In this document: positions 10,098-17,548 of the stretch, piece by piece
Layout: each line of letters starts with the position of its first letter
Numbering within the stretch: position 1 is the first letter of the stretch
Source of the DNA: an uncultured Gammaproteobacteria bacterium
Lineage (GTDB): Bacteria > Patescibacteriota > Microgenomatia > UBA8517
Length of the DNA: 61,265 bases
NCBI GenBank assembly: GCA_964422865.1
Contig: CAYRCU010000004.1
Location: 1-61,265, forward strand
Direction: 5' to 3'
Made by a program: the position numbers and the translations under genes
The notes under the pieces: generated by a model
The model's database searches: none
What the model was told of the DNA's origin: nothing
Seen by the model: the letters and a program-made list of their open reading frames with translations, nothing else

Positions 10098-10462
10098 TGG
10101 ATATGAATGAAAAGTTAACAGAACAGGTTGTTGTGAAGAGGAGGCTTAAACTGCCCAGAATTAACTTTCGAAAGAAAAATATTATTGTATTTGGGGTTTT
10201 ATTGATATTTCTTGTTGTTTTGGGGGTTGCGGCACCTTTTATTAGAAGAGTAATGAGGGATAACAGCGGTGGTGGCGTGGAACTTACTCCTTCTTTTGTG
10301 CCTGAAGCGGGGGAAACTCAGAGCACTTCAGTTTATGCGGATGACCCCGAAATCAGAAACATAGAAGAAAGACTTGAGAAGATAAATGAAAACTTTGGGA
10401 ATATGAATATAAGAGAAGATGATCTTAGGCCCCCGGGTTTGGATTTCAATGTAGTGTTTTAA
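10097..10462 (+). CDS. Small single-pass membrane hypothetical protein
   Basis: Basic N-terminus, one TM, C-terminal coiled coil and LRPP; abuts upstream stop. Confidence 0.7.
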   Translation: MDMNEKLTEQVVVKRRLKLPRINFRKKNIIVFGVLLIFLVVLGVAAPFIRRVMRDNSGGGVELTPSFVPEAGETQSTSVYADDPEIRNIEERLEKINENFGNMNIREDDLRPPGLDFNVVF

Positions 10463-10473
10463 AGTGAAATCAC

Positions 10474-10794
10474 TTAAGGCTTGATTTGGGGGATCTTGAA
10501 GGTGGTTATGCCGATGGAGTTGAAATGAGGGAACTTTTTTTGTACTTCTCCTATGAATTTTTCTGCAAGATTTCCCGTAAAACTTGCATATCCCGTGCCT
10601 TCTGAGCGGTTGCAGAGTTTGTCTTGCCATTCAAAGACTATTCGTTGGATTTTGGTGCCTTCCTGATTTAGCTTTTCTTGTAGTGCGTCTGGATTTAGGG
10701 CATATGCGTCGTGGATTTTTTTGAAACTATCGAACGCTTCGGAATTATTTTTTATCATTAGTTCGAAGTATTCTTTGTACTTTGCGCGCGCCAT
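10474..10794 (-). CDS. Hypothetical protein
   Basis: ATG preceded by TATAAT 9 nt upstream; fills gap between convergent genes. Confidence 0.7.
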   Translation of the reverse strand: MARAKYKEYFELMIKNNSEAFDSFKKIHDAYALNPDALQEKLNQEGTKIQRIVFEWQDKLCNRSEGTGYASFTGNLAEKFIGEVQKKFPHFNSIGITTFKIPQIKP

Positions 10795-10838
10795 ATGAAA
10801 GAAATTATACCAGGCAATTTTTGATTTGTGATAAGCGT

Positions 10839-11414
10839 TTAGTCAGAGGGTATTTTGTATTCGTAGATTTTGTAGCGAAGATTTTCAAGTTGCATCATTT
10901 GTTTGGATGTTAAGTTTTCAAAGTACTTAATTATTGGTCTTAATGAATTGCTGTGACAGATGACAAGAATGTTTATTTTTTCTCTTTTCATTCTTTTTAT
11001 TACATCTTTTACAAAAGAGAGAACGCGTTTTTCAACCTGTTTCATTGATTCTCCTCCCGGGGGTGGGACTGAATAACTTCTGTGATAGATTGGTGCGAGA
11101 CGCGGATGGTCGCGGAAATATTTATCTTTATTCATAGTTGTAAGTTTTCCGTAGTCACGTTCGATAATTCTTGGATCAACGTGAACCTCAATGTTGGGGT
11201 GATATTTTAGAATGTAATTTAAGGTTTGCCGTGTTCGTTTTAAAGGAGAGATATATGCAACATCAATTTTTACGTCTTTTAATTGTTTTGCAAGATTTGC
11301 GGCTTGCGCGTGCCCTTTATCCGAAAGAACCGATTCGGTGGTCCCGCAAAAGATGCGTGCGGCATTGTATTTTGTTTCCGTATGAGTGAGAGCTATGAAT
11401 TTTAAGTTTTTCAT
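10839..11414 (-). CDS. Histidine phosphatase / dPGM-like protein with altered RHG motif
   Basis: THTETKYN..IFCG, SPLKRT, IERDYGKL, PPGGES, CHSNSLR; ATG 11414 follows TATAAT. Confidence 0.85.
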   Translation of the reverse strand: MKNLKFIALTHTETKYNAARIFCGTTESVLSDKGHAQAANLAKQLKDVKIDVAYISPLKRTRQTLNYILKYHPNIEVHVDPRIIERDYGKLTTMNKDKYFRDHPRLAPIYHRSYSVPPPGGESMKQVEKRVLSFVKDVIKRMKREKINILVICHSNSLRPIIKYFENLTSKQMMQLENLRYKIYEYKIPSD

Positions 11415-11451
11415 TGGTTTTTTATTATACAGGTTTTTTGATCTTGTATAA

Positions 11452-12696
11452 TTGGTCAAAGTGCTTAAGCTGAAAGACTTCGGTTTTGGTGTGGTTTTTC
11501 TTTTGTCGTGGCTTGTTTTTTACCCAATAAGCTGGTTTTTTATTGGAAAGGACTTTCTTGGTGATCAGTTTTCTTTTATTGCGGTAATGCCCCTTTTGAT
11601 TTTTCTGATGCTGGTTTATATGGCTTATGTGAAGGTTTTTATGTTTCGGGGTGTGTTTTGGGGTAGAGCACTTTTGTTGATTGGGTTATTGAGTTTTGCG
11701 CTTCTTTTTGTATGGAATATAGCTTCTGATGATTTGTATACATATATTTATAGAGGAAGAGTGCAGGCTTTATATAACGCTAATCCGTATTTGACTTCCT
11801 ATTCGAATTATCCGCAAGATGCGTTTTATGATGAGTTAAAAAATATCTGGGTTTCAAAGACCTCGCTTTATGGACCTGTTTTTTCCTTTATATCTTTTGG
11901 GATTGCTACTGTGGCTGGTGACAGTTTGCTGTTTAGCGTGCTTTTATACAAGATTCTTTTTGCTTTCTTGTTTACTTTTTCCTCGTATGTAGTTTACAAA
12001 ACAACAAAGAGTAAAAAAGCTTTGATCCTTTTTGGACTTAACCCCGTGCTTATATTTGAATTTTTGTTGAATTCTCATATGGGTATTATTATGATTTTTT
12101 TTCTTCTTTTCTCTTTATATTTTATTGTAAGAGGGAGAGGTGTGGGGGATTACCTTTTGGGGTTGGTGCTTTTTGAACTGTCGGTTTTGACTAAACCAAC
12201 TGTAGCGATTTTTGCTCCGTTTATCGGTATTTATATTTTAAAGAAACTTGTCGGTTATCGTGCGAAGCTGTTGTTTATTATTGTTGGACTGGTTGTTTCT
12301 TTGATGATATTGATTCTGGCTTATGCTCCGTATTGGGAAGGATTAAGAATCTTTTCGTATTTGAGTGAAGTTTATAGGCATGTAACTCCAAGACCGTCAC
12401 CATTAATGTATGTTTTGCCGGTTTTTCTTTCCCGAGGCCTTTTTTGGGTGATTTATTTGTATTTGTTGTTAAGGTTTGCGATTTTTGCAAGGAAGTTTAC
12501 AAGTATCTTGCTTTTGAAATTGTTGATCGCGGTTTATTTTGCGGCTTTGCTTATGTATTTTACTGTCCTTATGCCTTGGTATTTGACTCCTCTTCTGGCT
12601 TTGTTGTGTGTTGTAGTGGGGCTCTTGCGACGAGGGGTTATGTGGATATATTTGGTCAGTTTTTTGGAGCTTCTTTTGTATACATTTACCAGGTAA
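11452..12696 (+). CDS. GT-C fold polyprenol-phosphate-sugar glycosyltransferase (MptB/GT87-like)
   Basis: About 11 TMs; SDDLYTYIYRG..NPY, YGP, NP...E...H, PWY motifs; likely start GTG 11461. Confidence 0.75.
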   Translation: MVKVLKLKDFGFGVVFLLSWLVFYPISWFFIGKDFLGDQFSFIAVMPLLIFLMLVYMAYVKVFMFRGVFWGRALLLIGLLSFALLFVWNIASDDLYTYIYRGRVQALYNANPYLTSYSNYPQDAFYDELKNIWVSKTSLYGPVFSFISFGIATVAGDSLLFSVLLYKILFAFLFTFSSYVVYKTTKSKKALILFGLNPVLIFEFLLNSHMGIIMIFFLLFSLYFIVRGRGVGDYLLGLVLFELSVLTKPTVAIFAPFIGIYILKKLVGYRAKLLFIIVGLVVSLMILILAYAPYWEGLRIFSYLSEVYRHVTPRPSPLMYVLPVFLSRGLFWVIYLYLLLRFAIFARKFTSILLLKLLIAVYFAALLMYFTVLMPWYLTPLLALLCVVVGLLRRGVMWIYLVSFLELLLYTFTR

Positions 12697-12704
12697 AAAT
12701 ATTC

Positions 12705-12736
12705 TTTCAGCTTTTTTTCAGGAAGTGAAATATAAT
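12705..12736 (+). promoter_or_regulatory. Putative response-regulator box TTTCAG-N5-TTTCAG plus -10 TATAAT
   Basis: 17-mer TTTCAGCTTTTTTTCAG at 12705-12721 is identical to 14418-14434; TATAAT 12731-12736. Confidence 0.65.
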
Positions 12737-12745
12737 ACTAGAGAG

Positions 12746-13402
12746 ATGCATTTGTTGGTTATTGAGGATGAAAAGAAAATTGCTGATTCTTTGAAAAAGG
12801 GATTTTGTGCAGAAGGGTTTGTTGTGGATGTGGCATATGATGGTGCGGAAGGGTATGATCTTGCTTTGAGTGAAGATTATGATGTGATTGTACTGGATTT
12901 GATGCTTCCTTCTATGGATGGGATGGAAATTTGCAAAACACTTCGAACAGAGAATGTGCAGACACCAATTATTATGCTTACTGCGAGGGGAGAAATTGAA
13001 GATAGGGTTGAGGGACTTAATTTGGGTGCTGATGATTATTTGTCAAAGCCGTTTTCTTTTGAGGAGCTTTTGGCCCGTGTACGCGCTCTTTCCAGAAGGC
13101 CGAAAGAAAGTGTGGGGACGGTGCTGACGGTTGGGGAGCTTGTGCTTGATACAGTAAAAATGGAGGTTAAAAAGGGTGGCAGGAAGATTAAGTTGTCGAG
13201 AAAAGAGTTTGCCCTTTTGGAATATTTGATGAGAAACAAGGGAAGGGTTGTCACGAGGGGTCAAATTATAAGAGGTGTTTGGGATTTTGATTCTAATATA
13301 TTGCCCAATACAGTTGAGGCTTTTGTAAGGAATTTGAGGAGAAAAGTGGGAAAAAAGACGATAATTACAGTAAGGGGGTTTGGATATAAAATGAGTTCTT
13401 GA
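12746..13402 (+). CDS. OmpR/PhoB-family response regulator
   Basis: IEDE, LDLMLP, LTA, GADDYLSKPF receiver; winged helix ending TVRGFGY. Confidence 0.96.
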   Translation: MHLLVIEDEKKIADSLKKGFCAEGFVVDVAYDGAEGYDLALSEDYDVIVLDLMLPSMDGMEICKTLRTENVQTPIIMLTARGEIEDRVEGLNLGADDYLSKPFSFEELLARVRALSRRPKESVGTVLTVGELVLDTVKMEVKKGGRKIKLSRKEFALLEYLMRNKGRVVTRGQIIRGVWDFDSNILPNTVEAFVRNLRRKVGKKTIITVRGFGYKMSS

Positions 13403-14415
13403 GAAAAATGATGTTTAAAAACGCGCGAATGAAACTCATGGGTTGGTATTTGCTGGTTATTATGCTTGTGAGTGTGTTTTTTAGTGTTGTTATATATAAA
13501 GCGGTTATTTGGGAGATTGAGAGGAGTGTGCACAGAATGCCCGCTAGGCTTCAAAGGATGCACCCCGAACTTAGAAATATAGGGCGGGATTTTTATAACG
13601 ATGAACTTTTAATTGCTAAAAGGAGAGTACTTTTAGGACTATTGGGTTTGAATGGGACGATATTTGTGTTTTCTGTAGGAAGTGGGTATTTTCTTGCGGG
13701 CAAGGCGCTTGAACCTCTGGAAAAGGCACATGAGGAGCAGAGGAGGTTTGTTGCTGATGCAAGCCATGAACTTAGAACACCTCTTACTTCTCTGATGGCT
13801 ATGGTTGAGATTGCCAGAAGAGACAAGGGATTTAAGTTGAAAGATGCAAGAAAATTGATGGATCAATCTTTGGAGGAAATTGAAGATATGAATAGATTGA
13901 TTTCTGACCTTTTGGATCTTTCAAAATTTGAAAGTGGGAGCGGAGGCTTGAAATTAGAAAAAATAAACTTTGGAAAGATAGTCGAAAAATCTATCAGGAG
14001 AATATCTTTGGTTTCGAGCAGTAAAAAGATAATTGTTAGAAAAAGTGTTGATGAGGGTTTGGTGATCAAGGGGGATGCGGCGAGCCTTAATAAAATGGTG
14101 ATGGTTTTACTTGATAACTCGATTAAATATACAGATAAGGGAGGAAAGGTTTTTGTTGAGGCGTATAGAAAGGGCAAGTGTGTTTATTTGAAGGTTCGTG
14201 ATACAGGAATTGGTATGGAGAGGAAAGCCATACCCCGTGTTTTTGACAGGTTTTATAGAGTTGAAAAGTCGAGAAGCAAGATAAAGGCGCGTGGTTTTGG
14301 ATTGGGACTTTCTATAGCAAAAAACATAGTTGAGTTGCATAGCGGTAAGATAAGTGTAAAAAGCAAGCTTGGCAAGGGAACAACTTTTACAGTGAAGCTT
14401 CCGATTTCTTCATAA
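13399..14415 (+). CDS. Two-component sensor histidine kinase
   Basis: Two TMs, ADASHELRTPL H-box, DNSIKY N-box, DTGIG, FDRFYR, GFGLGL. Confidence 0.96.
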   Translation: MRKMMFKNARMKLMGWYLLVIMLVSVFFSVVIYKAVIWEIERSVHRMPARLQRMHPELRNIGRDFYNDELLIAKRRVLLGLLGLNGTIFVFSVGSGYFLAGKALEPLEKAHEEQRRFVADASHELRTPLTSLMAMVEIARRDKGFKLKDARKLMDQSLEEIEDMNRLISDLLDLSKFESGSGGLKLEKINFGKIVEKSIRRISLVSSSKKIIVRKSVDEGLVIKGDAASLNKMVMVLLDNSIKYTDKGGKVFVEAYRKGKCVYLKVRDTGIGMERKAIPRVFDRFYRVEKSRSKIKARGFGLGLSIAKNIVELHSGKISVKSKLGKGTTFTVKLPISS

Positions 14416-14417
14416 TT

Positions 14418-14450
14418 TTTCAGCTTTTTTTCAGATTGTTTTATTAGATT
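14418..14450 (+). promoter_or_regulatory. Second response-regulator box plus -10 TAGATT
   Basis: Identical 17-mer at 14418-14434; TAGATT 14445-14450; strong SD (AAAGGGGGTGA) before ATG 14486. Confidence 0.65.
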
Positions 14451-14485
14451 TGAAGCATGATAAGGAGAAAGGGGGTGAGAAGAAT

Positions 14486-14839
14486 ATGAGTAAAAAAGTA
14501 TTTATTCCCAGCCTTTTGGTCTTAAGCTTACTACTGGTTGGGATAGTGAGCAGCGGATCTGTGAGCGCGAGCGATAGTAGCCAATTTTCTCCTTTGGTTC
14601 AAAGATTGGTTGAACGGTTCAACCTGCGTGAAGATGAAGTCCTTGAAGTGGTTGATGAGTTTCGCGCTGAACATTGGGCTGAGATGGAGAGTCGCTTTGA
14701 AGATAGACTGGACAGAGCGGTTGATGATGGAAGAATAACTGAGGATCAGAAAAAAGCGATTCTTGAGAAGAGGGAAGAGATGAGGGCGGATATGGGTATG
14801 GGTAAACACGGCTTTCACTTTGGACTGGGGCCAATGTAA
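14486..14839 (+). CDS. Small secreted helical protein, probable TCS target
   Basis: Signal peptide (VSA-S), RLDRAVDDGRITEDQ helix pattern, Gly/Met/His tail. Confidence 0.75.
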   Translation: MSKKVFIPSLLVLSLLLVGIVSSGSVSASDSSQFSPLVQRLVERFNLREDEVLEVVDEFRAEHWAEMESRFEDRLDRAVDDGRITEDQKKAILEKREEMRADMGMGKHGFHFGLGPM

Positions 14840-14858
14840 GACCTACCTCTATGTGGGC

Positions 14859-14896
14859 AATAAACACTCTCTGGTTAGCTCCAGGGGGTGTTTGTT
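14859..14896 (+). terminator. Stem-loop, probable intrinsic terminator
   Basis: AATAAACACTCTCTGG-TTAGCT-CCAGGGGGTGTTTGTT long stem with G-U pairs, 20 nt after stop. Confidence 0.6.
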
Positions 14897-14914
14897 GTGT
14901 AGGGGCTTTATTGG

Positions 14915-14944
14915 TTGACACACAATATCTTAAGTTAGTATAGT
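14915..14944 (+). promoter_or_regulatory. Sigma70-type promoter of IMPDH-like gene
   Basis: TTGACA 14915-14920, TATAGT 14939-14944 (18 nt spacer). Confidence 0.5.
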
Positions 14945-14974
14945 TAGTTGTAATGATTCATATCATTACGTGTT

Positions 14975-16588
14975 ATGGATCATCTTAGTCGTTTCTTTTC
15001 TCTTTCTAGGATTGGGGATAAAAACCCGGAAGTGGTTGAAGAGGTGACAAGATTAGGCTTTGAGGAGCTTCTTGAGCCTCCTAAAAATCTTTCTACAGAC
15101 AGGTCTAGGTTTAAACTTCAGAGGGAGCTGTACAGGAAGCTGAGTGGTGGAGATGACATTAGTTGGGAGGAGGCGGTATTTGGAATAAAGTCTCTTCCCG
15201 GTTTTTCTGCCCCAGAAAGATTTTATGAGGGACTGAAGATAACAAGGCTTCCTGACCCAATAATCAAAAATGCAGAGATTAGAAAGTTATATGCGCTTTT
15301 TATTTTAAATCACCCTGAGAGAATAAAGGCTTTAATGAGTTCTTATAAACTTGGGTTTCGAAAACCTTCACTTGGACATTCGAGAGTTCTTGATCGAGCG
15401 GAGACGGAACACAGGCTTATTTCGTTTTCGGATGTTGCAGCCGTGCAGCCTGAATTATCAAGTGACAGATTGCACAGGAGAAAACTTCTTTCTCAAGGTC
15501 CTTTTATCGCAACGTCTTTGAAAGAAAAAGGGGGTGTTAGACTGCCGATTGCGAGCGGGTCCATGATAACCGGTAATCCGGAGATGATTGCAACAATAGC
15601 AATGTGCGGTGTTCTTGCAACCGTGTATAGAGAAGGGCTTTGTTCGAGTCCCAAAGTTCAGGCAAAGATAACTTCTGCGGCGGTTGAAATCTTGCACAGG
15701 GCAATTGAAGATAAACTGTGGGACAAACATCCATACAGAAAGGTTCTGCTTGATTTTTGGCTTTCTCAGATAGGGATAACTGTTGGTGTTAACACGAGAG
15801 ATGCTGTTCAAAGAGTAAAACTGGTTATGCCCCTTATAACTGGCGCCAAGTTAAATGGTATTGCGGTACGGGTCTATAATCCCCAGGTGTCAAAGGAGAC
15901 GGTTGAAACAGTTAAGGTTTTAAGAAAGGAGTTTGGTGATGTTCTTGAGATTTTTGCGGGTCAAGCAAATAGTGTGGAAGCTGCGCAGGAGCTTGTTGAA
16001 GCTGGAGCTGATGCAATTGGACAAGGCATTGCGGGCGGGCTAAGGTGCACCACTTCAATTGTAAGTGGGGTGGCGGTTTCCGTGTTGAGAGATTTGTGGA
16101 GAATGAGAGGAAAGGTTGATGCACCAATATTTGTGGACAGCAGCGTATCTTATTTTTGGTCTTTGGCCTATCTTCTTGGAGCTTCAATGCTGGTAAAGCC
16201 CAGTCATATGGTTGGGATAGAGTCTATTGGAGGAAGGTTTCCTTTTTTTGACGGGAAGGACTATTACATTGCTTATAATGGTGAGGCTTCTGGAATAACC
16301 AAAGAGCATACTGGTAGATTGATGAGGAACGGCATGCCCTTTGCACCTGAGGGGGTTGGTGGTTTTGCAAAATTGGATCTTAGGTTATTGACGATTCCTG
16401 ATCAGATACTTGATGCGGTGATAAATTTTCTTATCCCGCCTTTTGTTTTTCAGGGGACTTTGAGTGGAAGGAGGTTTGAAAGCATTGCGGACATGCACAA
16501 AGAGTCGGACTTGGAGTTTTTATGGGAATTGTCGGAGGAGTCAAGAAAGGTTCGTGGAGCTTGGGGTCCGGTGTTTCACAATAGGTGA
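14975..16588 (+). CDS. Highly divergent IMP dehydrogenase/GMP reductase-family TIM-barrel protein with ~145 aa N-terminal extension
   Basis: ISFSDV (cf. LTFDDV), LPIASGSM (cf. IPLVSAAM), EAGADAIGQGIAGGLRCTT (cf. GADAVKVGIGPGSICTT), YNGEAS, PEGV. Confidence 0.8.
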   Translation: MDHLSRFFSLSRIGDKNPEVVEEVTRLGFEELLEPPKNLSTDRSRFKLQRELYRKLSGGDDISWEEAVFGIKSLPGFSAPERFYEGLKITRLPDPIIKNAEIRKLYALFILNHPERIKALMSSYKLGFRKPSLGHSRVLDRAETEHRLISFSDVAAVQPELSSDRLHRRKLLSQGPFIATSLKEKGGVRLPIASGSMITGNPEMIATIAMCGVLATVYREGLCSSPKVQAKITSAAVEILHRAIEDKLWDKHPYRKVLLDFWLSQIGITVGVNTRDAVQRVKLVMPLITGAKLNGIAVRVYNPQVSKETVETVKVLRKEFGDVLEIFAGQANSVEAAQELVEAGADAIGQGIAGGLRCTTSIVSGVAVSVLRDLWRMRGKVDAPIFVDSSVSYFWSLAYLLGASMLVKPSHMVGIESIGGRFPFFDGKDYYIAYNGEASGITKEHTGRLMRNGMPFAPEGVGGFAKLDLRLLTIPDQILDAVINFLIPPFVFQGTLSGRRFESIADMHKESDLEFLWELSEESRKVRGAWGPVFHNR

Positions 16589-16755
16589 ATTGTGGATGAT
16601 TTTAAGCTTCGATTGATTAAAGCATATGATAAAGATGTGTGGAGGAGAGATGGCGCGGAAGGAGTAGATTGAGCCATCCGGTGTCTTGGATGAGGTGGGT
16701 AAAAATGGAGGTAGATAAGTGGTGGTGGTATGTATTATAATTGTGAACCTTTTCT

Positions 16756-17508
16756 ATGGGGAATGTAGAAGTAGAGCGTGAAGGAAATCACTCATTAATG
16801 TTGCCTCAAGATCCCCCTGGCTTGGATCTTTGGGAGGAGAGGTCTCTGGTGATTGCGGAGTTTGTCAACCACCCAGTTAAGTCGCTTCCTGGACTGTTCT
16901 TCTTGGTAAGATCCTGCAGCACTGAAGAGCAGCAACAGATTATTGTCGGTGAAACACTAAATACTTTATTGGACTCTCTTGATAATGGAGAGATTACGCC
17001 AAAACAGTTTGATATGAGATTGTTGAAAGTATTGGAGGTTGATCAAACTAAAAATACTCAAGGAGAGAGAGCGTGTCGACTGGTGAGAGAGGTAATAAGT
17101 GGAATGATGTTTTCTGAAGAAGATGAAGAGGCTGAGAGGGCAAAGAGATTGTGTGCGGCCATATCCGTTTCAGCAATGGAGCGCTACCTTGAAAGGATAG
17201 ACATTCATGTTTGTTCTGCTAAGCGGATGGCAGCCTATATTAGAAATGTTGCTTTTCAGATTTTTCGGGCTGATCGGGGCGATATTCCAGAATGGAAAAA
17301 ATCTTCGTATTCAGAATTGTTAACGGTTTTGTTGGGTGTTGCTCTGGAGAGAGATGAGGATATTGATGATCGTGGGTTTGCAGATGAAGTTATGGCTGCC
17401 CTTTTGTGTCGGGATAGTTCAGAAGATTTAATTAATACTTTGAAGGAGTGCGGTGGGGATGCAGGTGCTATTTTTTTGAAAAATAATTGGCAGTATGGGA
17501 ATGCTTAG
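16756..17508 (+). CDS. Orphan acidic alpha-helical protein
   Basis: 250 aa ORF with TATAAT upstream; no motif recognised. Confidence 0.7.
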   Translation: MGNVEVEREGNHSLMLPQDPPGLDLWEERSLVIAEFVNHPVKSLPGLFFLVRSCSTEEQQQIIVGETLNTLLDSLDNGEITPKQFDMRLLKVLEVDQTKNTQGERACRLVREVISGMMFSEEDEEAERAKRLCAAISVSAMERYLERIDIHVCSAKRMAAYIRNVAFQIFRADRGDIPEWKKSSYSELLTVLLGVALERDEDIDDRGFADEVMAALLCRDSSEDLINTLKECGGDAGAIFLKNNWQYGNA

Positions 17509-17548
17509 ATCATGATGATATCGGTTTTCATGAAGGTGGGTTGTATCC

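Noticed and set aside
16641-16718. Strong SD (GGAGGAG) followed by mini-ORF MARKE*
   Set aside because: Only five codons; read-through gives just 22 codons; cannot be distinguished from chance or a gene remnant in G-rich DNA.
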